From an uncultured Planctomycetota bacterium (GTDB lineage Bacteria > Planctomycetota > Planctomycetia > Isosphaerales > Isosphaeraceae): 64,000 bases of DNA. This document shows positions 41,223 through 51,935 of the stretch, piece after piece. The position numbers were made by a program, and so were the translations under genes. The stretch spans positions 1,376,001 through 1,440,000 of the forward strand of contig CAWGMQ010000008.1 in the NCBI GenBank assembly GCA_963823665.1, read 5' to 3'. Each line of letters begins with the position of its first letter. Position 1 is the first letter of the stretch. Under the pieces are notes generated by a model. The model saw nothing but the letters and a program-made list of their open reading frames with translations, did not search any database and was not told where the DNA came from.

Positions 41223-41726
41223 ATGAGCTCTCGCGACGAGCTGGCGCAGGTCATCGCCAACGACCCCCGATACTCACTCGAGGCTTATGCACTCGTCCTC
41301 GAGTCGCTCAGCCAGGCCCGGCAGTTGAAGTTGAAAAACGCCCCTCGAGATCGGCCCGACGCGGCTGCGCCAAGGTCAACTCCCAAAAAAGCTCGTTCGG
41401 GGACGGAACCCCCTGCCAAGCCCCGTGTCTCGGGCCATGTCAACGGCGCCGAACTTTGCGACGCGCTGCGTAGACTTGCTCTGCGTCAATACGGGCTGCT
41501 GGCCGGAACGGTGCTGGCTCACTGGGGCATGCGGTCCACGTCCGACGTGGGAAACATCGTCTACAACATGATCGCCGCCGGCGGCCTCGAGCAGACCGAG
41601 AGCGACTCTCGTTCCGACTTCGACAACCTCTTCGACTTCGAAACCGTGTTCAAGGCTTCCTCACAAGAGGCGATTGCCGATTCCGGGGGCAAACCGGCCG
41701 GCGATCTGGATTCCCCCACGGATTGA
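41223..41726 (+). CDS. Planctomycete/Verrucomicrobia conserved protein (Minf_1886 family)
   Basis: 'DPRYSLEAY...HVNGAELC...YGLLAGTVLAHWG...DVGNIVYNMI...DSRSDF'. Confidence 0.8.
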   Translation: MSSRDELAQVIANDPRYSLEAYALVLESLSQARQLKLKNAPRDRPDAAAPRSTPKKARSGTEPPAKPRVSGHVNGAELCDALRRLALRQYGLLAGTVLAHWGMRSTSDVGNIVYNMIAAGGLEQTESDSRSDFDNLFDFETVFKASSQEAIADSGGKPAGDLDSPTD

Positions 41727-41751
41727 ATTCGCTCCAGGAAGGAACTCGCAC

Positions 41752-41922
41752 GTGAATGTAAAGAGAGCTCGCCTGCTCCTGGGTGCGGCCGTCTGTTTGT
41801 TCTTGCTGTGGGTCGGAGTTTTGATTGCGATGGCCGTGTTCTCGGCCAAGCGTCCTCCCGAACGGATCGTGCGGCCGATGCCTCGTGCCTCGGTTGATCA
41901 CAGGAGCGCGGAAACTCGCTGA
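41752..41922 (+). CDS. Small single-pass membrane protein
   Basis: Hydrophobic stretch 'LLLGAAVCLFLLWVGVLIAMAVFS' with an AGGA RBS upstream. Confidence 0.5.
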   Translation: MNVKRARLLLGAAVCLFLLWVGVLIAMAVFSAKRPPERIVRPMPRASVDHRSAETR

Positions 41923-41926
41923 CCGG

Positions 41927-43349
41927 CTACGCCCCGCCGATCTCGAGTCGCGACTTTCCCTTCGGCATGTCAAAGCACGCCACCATAGATCGTTGCTCGC
42001 GGACGAACGTTCCCGGCTTGAGCTCAAGCATCGAGCGAGCCGGCGAGAGAGCACGGTGGTCGTCGCCGGCAATGAGTCGCACGCGCGCGGCCGGTTCAGG
42101 GATACCGTCGTCCCAGGCCGCTTTCAAGGTGAACTGAGGGCACGCGAAAGGAGCGGCGAGGGAGATTGCGCCAGCAGCCCCGCGCTCGATCCGCGTCAGC
42201 TCGCGGGCAGCCCAGTAGCGGGCGATCTCGCTCAGCTTCATCCAGATGAGGTTGTCGTACGCGGCGTGCAGACGCTCGACAACCTCCCGAAAGATCTTGA
42301 AGCCCGTTTCCTCTCCGTTGAAGTACATCCCAGGCCAATGGCAGACCATGACGGCCGGCTCGCCGCGGGCAATCACCTCAGGCAGCCGGCCGCGCTTCAG
42401 GTCGGCGGTGATGAACTGGTCGACCGAGCCGGCAGTGAGGCCGTCCCAGCCGCCGAACCAGTCGCCCGTGCAGCCGATGATCGAGACAATGCATTCGGGG
42501 TCTGGGCCGTCCAGGCCTTTCGCCAGCTCGAGGCGGGGTGCCACGCTCCGCTCGTCCGTGAAGAGATGCCGGAAATAATGCGGTATCTCGAGACCGAAAA
42601 CATCGCGGCAGGCTTCCAGCGTGCCCCGCGAAAGCGCCGGAAGGGCACGGGTGCCGAAACCACCGGGGGTTGTGATCCCATCGCAGGAGATCCCGGCGTT
42701 CTTGAGGATCTTGAGTGCGAAGCCAATGTAGTCGGCAAGCTGGTCGGCGCTCTTGCCCGCGCTCCAGCCCCAATTCTCCATGAAGTCCGACGTGCGCGTC
42801 GGGTATGGGCGCCCGGATTTGGTGTCGATCACCCAGGTGTGGCTGACCATTTCCGGGTGGATGTCCCAATTGGGCATCATCAAAGTGCGCACCAGGTCGA
42901 GGCTCGACCTTGAGCTCCTGGCTCGACCACCCAGGCAGCTCGCGGTCGAGCCAGCCCACGCAGGCGGGGTAGGGCACGAGACTGTACTTTCCCTTGATCC
43001 CGCGCTCGGCGCACCACTGGCCGAACCGGCGCACGAAGGCATCGGGAATCTCGCGCGGGAGGGTCTTCCAGGGTTGGTGATACTGGTCGGGGAAGACCTC
43101 GTGGAACTGGGGAATTCCGAAATGGGCGAGATTGACCAGACATGTCGAGTCATCAATGATCAGGCTCACGGGCACGCGGCCGCGTGGATTGATGACGGAG
43201 ATTCCATCCGGGGGATTCGGGGGTCTCGAACCGGCTTCCTGGGCGCACGCTGTTCCCGCAGGGAACGAGCGTGCCGGGTCGCTCAGGATCAAGCCCGACG
43301 CCAGGCCGGCCCCGGTCGATTGCAGGAAGTGGCGACGGCTCAATACCAT
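41927..43349 (-). CDS. Tat-exported hypothetical protein (possibly deacetylase-like fold); frameshift near 42905
   Basis: 'SRRHFL' twin-arginine signal and 'SLIIDDS' in ORF 42378-43349, continuing as 'WDIHPEMVSHT...TTPGGFG' in ORF 41927-43156. Confidence 0.65.
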
Positions 43350-43505
43350 TGCACGCTGATGAGACGTTCTTGATTGCGGATCGTCACGCCCGCCATGATA
43401 TCAACGCGAGAACGAAACCCACCAGTCCGGGATCGCACGGGTGAGCAGCCGTCTTCGGAGCAGAATCGGTCGAGCACAAGATCGTGAATCGCGAGGGCTG
43501 TTTCC

Positions 43506-44108
43506 ATGATCGAGCTTCAATCGCGCTGGATCGAGATCGAGGGCGGGCGAGTGCACTACTTGATCGAAGGCCCCGAGCAAGGTCCTGCGGTCGTTCTGCT
43601 GCACGGCGCCAGCTTCAGCGCCCAAACCTGGAAGGCGATCGGTACGCTCGAGGCCCTCGCCGGTGCAGGATTCCTCGTCTACGCGGTCGACCTGCCGGGT
43701 TTCGGTGAGTCGTCGCCATCGCACGCCTCGCCGCGCACCTGGCTGCGGCTTCTGCTCGACTTGCTGAAAGTCGAGAAACCGGTCGTCGTCTCCCCGTCGA
43801 TGAGCGGCCGGTTTTCGCTGCCGCTTGTGACCGAAGACCCTGGCCGCGTGTCCGGATTCGTGGCCGTGGCACCAGTTTCGATCCGGTCGTTCCGCAGTCA
43901 GCTCGGTCAAATCACCGCGCCAGTGCTGGCAGTGTGGGGTGAAAACGACTCGATCGTGCCGATTGCGGAAGCCGACCTGCTCGTCGGCAGCGTGAAACAA
44001 GGCCGGAAGGTCGTGATCGCTGGAGGAACCCACGCTCCGTACATGAGCGACCCGGCGGCGTTTCATCAGGCACTGCTGCATTTTCTCGCTGCGGATGTTC
44101 GTGTCTGA
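43506..44108 (+). CDS. Alpha/beta hydrolase (ABHD14-like)
   Basis: 'LLHGASF', 'DLPGFGES', 'SPSMSG', 'WGEND', 'HAPYM'. Confidence 0.88.
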   Translation: MIELQSRWIEIEGGRVHYLIEGPEQGPAVVLLHGASFSAQTWKAIGTLEALAGAGFLVYAVDLPGFGESSPSHASPRTWLRLLLDLLKVEKPVVVSPSMSGRFSLPLVTEDPGRVSGFVAVAPVSIRSFRSQLGQITAPVLAVWGENDSIVPIAEADLLVGSVKQGRKVVIAGGTHAPYMSDPAAFHQALLHFLAADVRV

Positions 44109-44124
44109 GCGAATCCACGGCTGC

Positions 44125-45099
44125 CTATTCGGTTCGATCAACGAACTCAACGGGCTTCGTGGCGCGCTCGTTGACTTCGAGCCGAAACACGTCCGGGCGG
44201 GAGTAGTGGCCGACCACATCGAAGTCGAATTTGGCCCTTGTGAGCTGTGCTCGATCAAGCTCTGCGACGAGGACGCACTCGCCTTCGTGTCGCGGTCCAA
44301 CCAGGACTTCTCCCAGCGGCCCGACGATGCAACTGCCGCCGCGGATCAGTTCTTCCTGAGAAGCGGGGAAGCGGTCGGTGGGATACCCGGATGGAAGATC
44401 GTTTCTCGTCAGGAACTGGCAAGCCGAGAGCACGAAACAACGGCCTTCCAAAGCGATGTGCCGGACGGTCGGCAGCCACGTTTCGCGGTCATCCACGGTG
44501 ATCGCGCAATAAAGCTCGATGCCCTTCGCGTACATTGCCATCCGCAAGAGGGGCATGTAGTTTTCCCAGCAGATGACCGAGCCGATCCGGCCGAGCTTTG
44601 TCGCCACAACCGGCAACGTCGATCCGTCGCCACTGCCCCAGATGACGCGCTCCATCGCCGTTGGAACGAGCTTTCGGTGCTTTCCGATCAATTCGCCGTG
44701 AGGCCCGAATATCAGAGCGGAGCAGTAGAGCGTGCCTCCAGCTCGTTCGATCACGCCTACAACGATGTGCAGGCCATGGTCCTTGGCGACCGATCCGATG
44801 AAATCGCACGCGGGTCCGGGCACGGGGATCGCGCTCTCAACGAGACGGCGGAAATCTTCACGGCCTTCCGGTGAACGAATACCGAGACTCACGCCGAAGT
44901 CGTGTCCCTTCAAGTAGCCGCCGATGAAGGCCTCGGGAAACACGATCAACTCGGCCCCTCGCCCGTTGGCATCAGACGAGAGCACCGCAAGTTTCTCGAG
45001 CGACCTGGGAGTGTCGAAGAGCACCGGCGCCGCCTGGACGACAGCCGCGCGCACCGTGCCGGATGAAACCGCTGAAGACGCGTCTTCCCTACTCTCCAT
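44125..45099 (-). CDS. Nitrilase (carbon-nitrogen hydrolase)
   Basis: E-K-C triad in 'FPEAF', 'KHRKLVPT' and 'ICWENYMP'; C-terminal 'DVVGHYSRPD'. Confidence 0.93.
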   Translation of the reverse strand: MESREDASSAVSSGTVRAAVVQAAPVLFDTPRSLEKLAVLSSDANGRGAELIVFPEAFIGGYLKGHDFGVSLGIRSPEGREDFRRLVESAIPVPGPACDFIGSVAKDHGLHIVVGVIERAGGTLYCSALIFGPHGELIGKHRKLVPTAMERVIWGSGDGSTLPVVATKLGRIGSVICWENYMPLLRMAMYAKGIELYCAITVDDRETWLPTVRHIALEGRCFVLSACQFLTRNDLPSGYPTDRFPASQEELIRGGSCIVGPLGEVLVGPRHEGECVLVAELDRAQLTRAKFDFDVVGHYSRPDVFRLEVNERATKPVEFVDRTE

Positions 45100-45103
45100 T
45101 TGA

Positions 45104-45616
45104 CTATCGCGCAGAGCGCCTTCCGAAGAGCTGGGTCTCGATCATGTAGCTCTGGGTGCCCAAGGGCGTCAATCCAATGCCGTACATCGGAGGCATGTAT
45201 CCACCTCCGTAGAAGCCTGGGTAACCGTAGCCGTATCCAACGGCAGGATAGCCGTAACCGTAACCGCCCATACCGTAGCCGTAACCGCCCATACCATAGC
45301 CGTAACCGCCCATGCCGTAGCCGTAACCGCCCATGCCGTAACCGCCCATGCCGTAGCCGCCCATGCCGTAACCGCCCATGCCGTAGCCGCCCATGCCGTA
45401 GCCGCCCATGCCGTAACCGCCCATGCCGTAGCCGTAACCACCCATGCCGTAGCCCCAGCCCGGGTATGCGTAGCCCCCGCCCCAGCCGACGGCCACACCT
45501 CCGCCCCCGTAAGCTGGAAATTGGGCCCTGGCATTGCCCGCTGAGCCGATCAGGATCACGAGTCCCAGCACCAGTGTTGCGCACAACTTCCCGATGTGTT
45601 GCAAGAGCCGGCCCAT
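45104..45616 (-). CDS. Secreted Gly/Tyr/Met-rich repeat protein
   Basis: Signal peptide ending 'ARAQ' and 11 copies of GMGGY. GAGGAG RBS. Confidence 0.7.
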   Translation of the reverse strand: MGRLLQHIGKLCATLVLGLVILIGSAGNARAQFPAYGGGGVAVGWGGGYAYPGWGYGMGGYGYGMGGYGMGGYGMGGYGMGGYGMGGYGMGGYGMGGYGYGMGGYGYGMGGYGYGMGGYGYGYPAVGYGYGYPGFYGGGYMPPMYGIGLTPLGTQSYMIETQLFGRRSAR

Positions 45617-45882
45617 CGCGGTGCTCCTCTTTGAAGGGGGGCGACTTCCGCGGTTCCGATATGGAACCCGAATGTTGTCGCTCACCCACGCTTGTCATTA
45701 TAGGTCGTACGGCGGTGCTGGACCAGCGCCACAGTTTCAGTCGCGCGAGATCACGCCAGTGCGAGTGATCATGGTTCGGGCGCGCAGAATTGTGAAATGG
45801 TACCCGCGAGTACACGCACTACTTAACCGAGAATGCGTAATTCGCCGCGTCTGTCTGGCCGAACTCCAGAGGGCTCACCCGC

Positions 45883-47136
45883 ATGAGAACGATAGTCACA
45901 TTGGTGGCCGCCGGCCTGTTCGTTGTCGTTACCCCTCAACCTTCTTCGTCGGCACGCGGAGCGGAAAATCCGGCGCAAGTGAACGACGCGTCGATTTTTC
46001 CGCGGGCTGATCCGGCAGCGGCGGGGATCAATCTCAAGGCGCTCGACCAGCTCAAAGCCCGGTCCGAGGCAACGAAGTCGGATGCCGTGGTCATCGTGAA
46101 GGACGGAAAGCTCGTCGCGGATTGGAACTTCGGCCATTCCCGGATCAAAATCGAAGCCATGTCGGCGACCAAGTCCATCGTCAGCCTCGGGATCGGGCGG
46201 CTGGTCGATATGGGCAAGATCAAGTCCGTTGAGCAGCCAGTCTGGGACTTTTATCCGGAGTGGAACCAGGGCCGCAAGCGCAAGATCACGATCAAGCACC
46301 TGCTCAACCACACGAGCGGATTGCAGCATGAACAGGACGAGATCATTTACGAGCGGCCCGATTTCGTGCGACTGGCTCTGGCCGCGGAGCTGACCGAAGA
46401 CCCCGGCTCGAGGTTCTCGTACAACAACAAGGCTGTCAACCTGCTCGCGGGGATCATCGAGCGGGCTTCCGGAAAGCGTATGGACCGCTTTATCGCCGAT
46501 GAGATTTTCGCACCGATGGGTATTAGCGACTTCCGCTGGTCGCTCGATGAAGCCGGCAACCCACACGGCATGGCGGGGCTCGAGATCACGGCAATCGACC
46601 TCGCGAAGATCGGACAGCTCGTCCTCGACGAGGGCAAGTGGCAGGGCCGCCAGATCCTGAGCCGGGAGTGGATCGGGTTGTCGACCAGTCCATCCCAGGC
46701 CCTCGAGCCGGCTTGCGGGCTTCTCTGGTGGCGCATACCGAAGATGAAGCTGCAAGTCGACGATGGAACAATCGCATTTCTCAAGGAGCAAGGCATCACG
46801 CCCGGTTCGCTCAAGCGACTGGAATCGCTTCGGGGGAAACCGTTCGAATCGACCGCGATGTGGAGTAAACTCCGGCAGATCGTGCAGGAGGACGCGGTAC
46901 TCAAGACCAAGTTGGCGGGCCTGAACAAGACGCCGTTTGAGTCGACTTTCGTGACGGAGGGTAAGCCCCGCGTGATCGAGGCGAGAGGATACCTCGGGCA
47001 GATGCTGACGATCCTGCCTGACTTCCGGATCGTGGCCGTTCGGCAGCGACAGGGCGGGCCCAAGGTGGATCCGAAGAAACTCGATCTATACTTCAGTGAG
47101 TTCTGGAGTATGGTTGAGGGGCTGGTTCAATTTTAG
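45883..47136 (+). CDS. Serine hydrolase, beta-lactamase class C family
   Basis: Signal peptide, SxxK 'SATK', 'HLLNHTSG', YxN 'SYNN'. Confidence 0.88.
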   Translation: MRTIVTLVAAGLFVVVTPQPSSSARGAENPAQVNDASIFPRADPAAAGINLKALDQLKARSEATKSDAVVIVKDGKLVADWNFGHSRIKIEAMSATKSIVSLGIGRLVDMGKIKSVEQPVWDFYPEWNQGRKRKITIKHLLNHTSGLQHEQDEIIYERPDFVRLALAAELTEDPGSRFSYNNKAVNLLAGIIERASGKRMDRFIADEIFAPMGISDFRWSLDEAGNPHGMAGLEITAIDLAKIGQLVLDEGKWQGRQILSREWIGLSTSPSQALEPACGLLWWRIPKMKLQVDDGTIAFLKEQGITPGSLKRLESLRGKPFESTAMWSKLRQIVQEDAVLKTKLAGLNKTPFESTFVTEGKPRVIEARGYLGQMLTILPDFRIVAVRQRQGGPKVDPKKLDLYFSEFWSMVEGLVQF

Positions 47137-47153
47137 GTTGCGCCGCCCGGATT

Positions 47154-47900
47154 CTACCTGGCCCGACCCTGGTTGGCGACCGCCGCCATTGCCTGGGCGA
47201 TTGCGTCGGAATCGCCCAGATAGTAATGCCTGAGCGGTTTGAGCTGGTCGTCGAGCTCATAGACCAAGGGCACACCAGTTGGTATGTTGAGCGACAAAAT
47301 ATCTTGATCAGAGATATTATCGAGATACTTGACCAGCGCTCGCAGGCTGTTGCCGTGTGCGGCGATGATTGTCTTCTTGCCGCTCTTTATCGCCGGAACG
47401 ATGTTCTGGTGCCAGTAGGGAAGAAAGCGGTCGACGGTGTCCTTGAGACACTCCGATAGAGGCAGCTCGCCTCGATCCAATCCGCGGTAACGGGGGTCGC
47501 TGCCGGGGAATCGGGGGTCCGTTTCCTCGAGCGCCGGCGGGCGCACGTCGTAGCTGCGCCGCCAGATAAGAACCTGGTCGTCGCCATACTTCGCCGCGGT
47601 CTCGGCCTTGTTCAGTCCCTGAAGCGCGCCATAATGGCGCTCGTTGAGCCGCCACGAGAGCTCGACGGGAAGCCACATCAGGTCGAGCACATCGAGGGTG
47701 ATCCAGAGTGTGCGGATCGCGCGCTTGAGCACCGAGCAAAACGCCACGTCAAAAGAAAAACCCTCGGACTTGAGCAATTCCCCCGCCTTCAGGGCTTCGG
47801 TCTTGCCGGTGTCTGAAAGGTCCACGTCAGCCCAGCCGGTGAAGAGATTGTCCTTGTTCCAGACGCTTTCACCGTGGCGCAGCAGAACGAGCTTGATCAT
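47154..47900 (-). CDS. gpmA: 2,3-bisphosphoglycerate-dependent phosphoglycerate mutase
   Basis: '[17 protein letters not shown]', '[11 protein letters not shown]', '[10 protein letters not shown]'. Confidence 0.97.
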   Translation of the reverse strand: MIKLVLLRHGESVWNKDNLFTGWADVDLSDTGKTEALKAGELLKSEGFSFDVAFCSVLKRAIRTLWITLDVLDLMWLPVELSWRLNERHYGALQGLNKAETAAKYGDDQVLIWRRSYDVRPPALEETDPRFPGSDPRYRGLDRGELPLSECLKDTVDRFLPYWHQNIVPAIKSGKKTIIAAHGNSLRALVKYLDNISDQDILSLNIPTGVPLVYELDDQLKPLRHYYLGDSDAIAQAMAAVANQGRAR

Positions 47901-48234
47901 GGCGTGTTCCCGGTTGACCGGCGTGACGATAGCAATTGACTTCGGCTTTGTATCCCGACGGCCCGAAGGAATCATCGTAGCGCCGGAAGCTGAGGCTCGC
48001 AAGCTCCAGAGAAACTGGGGGGCGCCATCTTGACCCGCGGGTGCGCTGGGCGATTGAATCTGGTTGGCTCCGTCGCGGCAGTGCGGTCCAGGGGCGACGG
48101 TGGGACGGACGCACTGTCGCGAAGCGAAAGTGAGGTCTGGCGGCGCGGGCGCGAAATGGGGATTCTGGATCTGGCGAAAGTCGATATCGGGATTTCCAAA
48201 AGAGGCTAATGATCGAGTTCCGAAAGCCATCCTC

Positions 48235-49041
48235 ATGACGGTGAGCTGGAAAGACGTGCGACGGGCGAGGATTCCGATGGGGGACCTGCCGGTGCTGGCC
48301 GAGCTGCGGGGCCATGGGGCGATTCGCGTGCTCATGGCGGGCGAGGTCGCCTGGATTTCGTGGGAGCCAGGATCGGAGCTGATGCAAGAGATGCTCGTGC
48401 GACGGATAATGCCGCTGGAGGGGGCGGCGCTATATACCGAGCGCGACGGGTGCTGGTATCGATTGGCGGAACACCTGCCGCGATTCGACGTTCCGACGGG
48501 CGACGGCTCGGACTGGCCCACGCTCGAGAGGACGATTTTCCCCGAGCCGGTGAAAACAACGCGACCGCAGGGCCGCTGGCACGATCCGGTCCGGATCCGA
48601 CTGGTGCGCGATGGGGCGACGACGCCGTGGCCGGCGAGCGCGCTGCGCAGCACGCCGGAAACGCTCGCAGCGTGGGCCGAGCGGGCGACCACGGCAGCCC
48701 TCGTCGCGCTCCATGGCGCGTGGATCAGACCCGGATCTGCTGGCGGGCCGGACGGTCTCGTTCTGGTGACCGGTGCGGCGCGATCATTGCCGCTGCTCGA
48801 AGGGGGAGTGCGGTTCTGGGGGGCCGAACTGCTCTTGCCGCTGGGTTTCCGGGCCGAGCCCGACCTGCCGCATTCGGCCGTTCGCCGCGCGGCCGGGGCG
48901 ACAGCCGAGGAGCTGGCGGTGCTGGACGAAGAGGGGATCGAGGTCATCCCCCGAGCGGTTTTTAAACCACTCTCACGCGCGGCGGTGCGGCTGATGCTCA
49001 TGGAAGGACGCGCAGCTACCGGCAGGGAGCCGCCGCAATGA
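48235..49041 (+). CDS. Putative bpX-type accessory protein (MoxR-vWA-beta-propeller system)
   Basis: '[17 protein letters not shown]...[10 protein letters not shown]' resembles bpX2-like proteins (from memory). ATGA overlap with the next gene. Confidence 0.55.
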   Translation: MTVSWKDVRRARIPMGDLPVLAELRGHGAIRVLMAGEVAWISWEPGSELMQEMLVRRIMPLEGAALYTERDGCWYRLAEHLPRFDVPTGDGSDWPTLERTIFPEPVKTTRPQGRWHDPVRIRLVRDGATTPWPASALRSTPETLAAWAERATTAALVALHGAWIRPGSAGGPDGLVLVTGAARSLPLLEGGVRFWGAELLLPLGFRAEPDLPHSAVRRAAGATAEELAVLDEEGIEVIPRAVFKPLSRAAVRLMLMEGRAATGREPPQ

Positions 49042-51935
49042 CATTTCCGCGGGCGGCTCTCTATCTCCAGATCCCGGCTTCGTACTGCCGGTCGATCGGC
49101 GGACTGAGGTGGGCACATTACGGCGAAGCGGTCGAGTTCCTCGAAGGACCGGCTGCCGGGCTGACGTTCGCCTTTGCGCCGGAAATTGCGCTGTTCCTGG
49201 AGGGCTTTCGAGGCATGGACGGTGGCGTGCCGGCGTTCGGACACGTCCTGCACTTGCTGTACTTGATCGGGCTGGGCGACCGGACCGGGGCCGACGCGAG
49301 CCGGTCGGCAAACTGCCTGAAACGCATTGCCAGCCAGTTCCGCGCTCTAGGGTGCCCCTTACGAAATGCCGGCGCACTGTGCGCAGCGATCAGTTCCGAG
49401 GCGCCGCGCGCCGCCGATGCGCCCGCGCTCGCCACGATTCACGCGATCTTGACCGACGGAAACTGGGTGCCGTCGGTGATGCTTTCGCCCGGTTTGCCGC
49501 TGGCGATGAGCGAGGCCGAGGAGCCGGGGCTCGAGGCCCTTCAGTTCGAGGAGCTCGTGAGCCGGCGGCTCGAGGCAATGAGCGACGTCGAGATCCGCCA
49601 CTGGCTGCGCCATGGCCGCGGGCCAGTGGGCGAGGGCACTCTTCGGCTCTTACCCGAGCGGCCTCGAAGTGCGGTTGATGTGTTCTCGGCGATCGAGCGG
49701 CGGCCGCGGCTGGCGGGTACGCTCGCGCTGGCTGCCCGGCTGGAGGGGGTGCTCTGGCTTCCCTCACGGCGGCTGGAGCGGCCTCTACTACAAGGCGGCG
49801 GCTATTCCGACGTCACGACCCGCGGCGCGCCGGAACGCATCCTACCGATTCAGCTTGCCCTGGACGGCGAGGAGTTCATCCGGCGGTTTGCCGAGGGAGA
49901 GCTGCTGTATTTCCACCGGGAAGAACCGCGCGACACGGTCACGGAAGAGCTGGTCCTGCTGCTCGATCAAGGTGTGCGCACATGGGGAAACGTGCGGCTG
50001 GTGCTCTCGAGTGCAGCGGTTGCGCTTTCGCGCCAGGCCCAGCGCCGGCGAATCGCCGTCAAGCTGGCCGCCACCAGCAGCGACGGCAGGCCCGTCGATC
50101 CCACGTCGATCGACGCGGCGGCGCTCTCGAGCTTGATCGAGGCCAGCGATCTCTCGCTGCATCCCGGCCCAGCGCTCCGGAGGCTGCTGGCAGACGCGAG
50201 CGAAGGTCGTCGGGACGTGGTGGTCTTGACCCATCCGCTGAACTTGAACGAGCCGGAGGTCATCGCGGCCGCGCGGGCCGTCGCGAGCAGCGGCGGAGCC
50301 GGCACGCGGCTCTTTGCAGTGGCGGTTGATTCAAAAGGGCGGCTCGAGCTGACGGAGTTGCGCCGGGGGTTGCCGATCGTGCTGGCGCGGAGCAAAGTCG
50401 AGATCGGAGTCCAGGAGAAGCCGGCACCCGTGACCGGAGCTTTCACGGATCTTCCGCTCGGGCCGCGGCAAACGCCGATTCGATCCTGGAAGGGAGATTT
50501 CGAGCCGATCGGGTTCCCGTTCCGGTGCGGGTTGCTCGAGGAGCTGGAGCGGTCCGAGTCGAGCGGTGCAGAACCGATGTCTCACGCGTTCGACTTCGAC
50601 GAGAGCGGGGAGCGGATTCTGGCCGTCGGAGTCGGGCTCGGTCATCTCCTGTTCACGGCCAGGATCGACGGAGCGGAATTCGAGCATCTGCCGATGCCGG
50701 TACACGCGGGTAAGCCGGTGCTGCTTGATCGTAAGGTGATCGGCGTGGCGGGCGGATTCGTCGTCGCGGGCAACAGCAGTTGCGGCGCCTGTCTGGCGCA
50801 CTACGATTTCCCATCGGCGCGCTGCGTGATCCACGGGCTCGGCAGATTCATGGCCTCGGTGAGCTGGACGTATTTTCGCGACTTGCACGCGATCGTGATC
50901 AGGCCACCAGAAAAGGATGGTGAGGCCACGGCGCTGGACCTGTCGGCGACGGGCCCGGATGCGAAGGGCACGAGTCGGGCTCGCCGTGCTCTCGAGCGGG
51001 CTCTGGAGCGCGAGCAGATCTTCACCGTGATGGCTCAGCCCGGCTGGACCTGGGACAGCGAAACCTCGGCCGAACCGGGTGACCACGCGCTGGCGCTCGA
51101 TGGGAATTCCGGGATGCTGCGCTTCGAGCTCGGGCCGGACCACCTGGAGAACTCGGTTATGCCACTCACGGACGGGCAGCCCGCGCTCAAGGGTGGGCAG
51201 ATCGTGCGATCCAAGTGGGGCGGAGACGTACTCGCGGTGCTGGTGCGCGGCGGGGCGGCGCCGGGGCTCTATTTCATCTCGACTGCTCGCTGCGCGGTGC
51301 TCGGAATGTTCCAGCAAGGCCGGCGAACGGGCTCCGGGTCGTTTGCTCTGTCACGCGACGGTCGACGCTTCGCGGTGCTCTCGGCCACCGGTGATCTCGA
51401 GGTGCGGGATGTTCCAGGCGACCAGACGGCGGTCTTCGTCACGCCCAGGGAAGAGGTTGTCACCCATTTTCTATCACTCGGAAAGTCGTGCCTGCTGGTG
51501 CGCGAAGTGGATGAAGCGAGCCGCCATGCCCACGACCGGTGCCTCTTTCGCTGGGACCGGGGGCGGCTTGAGGTGGAGCGCGACGAGGTCTTCACCGTTT
51601 TTTCGCGTCTGGGCGGAGTGCTGACCCAGTCGCGGAGTCTGCGGCGCGGCGATTCCGAAGTGAACCGACATCAGCTTCGCTTCGTCGGGGTCATCGAGGA
51701 GGGGCGACTGCGGATCCTGATCGATCGCTATAATCATTTTGTGGTGTTCGATGCGCGGGGGAATCTGGTCTGCATCTTCTACGTGATCGGAGACGACGCA
51801 GCCGCCTTGCTGGTGGACGGGACGTACTGGGGGTCGTACCGGCTGATTGGCCGCGAGGCGCTACCCGGGGCGGCCGAGCGCATCGGCCGGGCACTTCTCG
51901 AGGCCGAAGGCGGAGCGGTGACAGGTGGTGGGTGA
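49038..51935 (+). CDS. vWA-like plus beta-propeller protein (bpX system core)
   Basis: '[21 protein letters not shown]...[18 protein letters not shown]', then degenerate vWA '[13 protein letters not shown]'. Beta-rich C-terminus with '[12 protein letters not shown]'. Confidence 0.7.
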   Translation: MTFPRAALYLQIPASYCRSIGGLRWAHYGEAVEFLEGPAAGLTFAFAPEIALFLEGFRGMDGGVPAFGHVLHLLYLIGLGDRTGADASRSANCLKRIASQFRALGCPLRNAGALCAAISSEAPRAADAPALATIHAILTDGNWVPSVMLSPGLPLAMSEAEEPGLEALQFEELVSRRLEAMSDVEIRHWLRHGRGPVGEGTLRLLPERPRSAVDVFSAIERRPRLAGTLALAARLEGVLWLPSRRLERPLLQGGGYSDVTTRGAPERILPIQLALDGEEFIRRFAEGELLYFHREEPRDTVTEELVLLLDQGVRTWGNVRLVLSSAAVALSRQAQRRRIAVKLAATSSDGRPVDPTSIDAAALSSLIEASDLSLHPGPALRRLLADASEGRRDVVVLTHPLNLNEPEVIAAARAVASSGGAGTRLFAVAVDSKGRLELTELRRGLPIVLARSKVEIGVQEKPAPVTGAFTDLPLGPRQTPIRSWKGDFEPIGFPFRCGLLEELERSESSGAEPMSHAFDFDESGERILAVGVGLGHLLFTARIDGAEFEHLPMPVHAGKPVLLDRKVIGVAGGFVVAGNSSCGACLAHYDFPSARCVIHGLGRFMASVSWTYFRDLHAIVIRPPEKDGEATALDLSATGPDAKGTSRARRALERALEREQIFTVMAQPGWTWDSETSAEPGDHALALDGNSGMLRFELGPDHLENSVMPLTDGQPALKGGQIVRSKWGGDVLAVLVRGGAAPGLYFISTARCAVLGMFQQGRRTGSGSFALSRDGRRFAVLSATGDLEVRDVPGDQTAVFVTPREEVVTHFLSLGKSCLLVREVDEASRHAHDRCLFRWDRGRLEVERDEVFTVFSRLGGVLTQSRSLRRGDSEVNRHQLRFVGVIEEGRLRILIDRYNHFVVFDARGNLVCIFYVIGDDAAALLVDGTYWGSYRLIGREALPGAAERIGRALLEAEGGAVTGGG

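Noticed and set aside
47901..49253. 699-aa N-terminally extended GpmA
   Set aside because: The extension is the antisense shadow of plus-strand genes. The real start is [10 protein letters not shown] at 47900.
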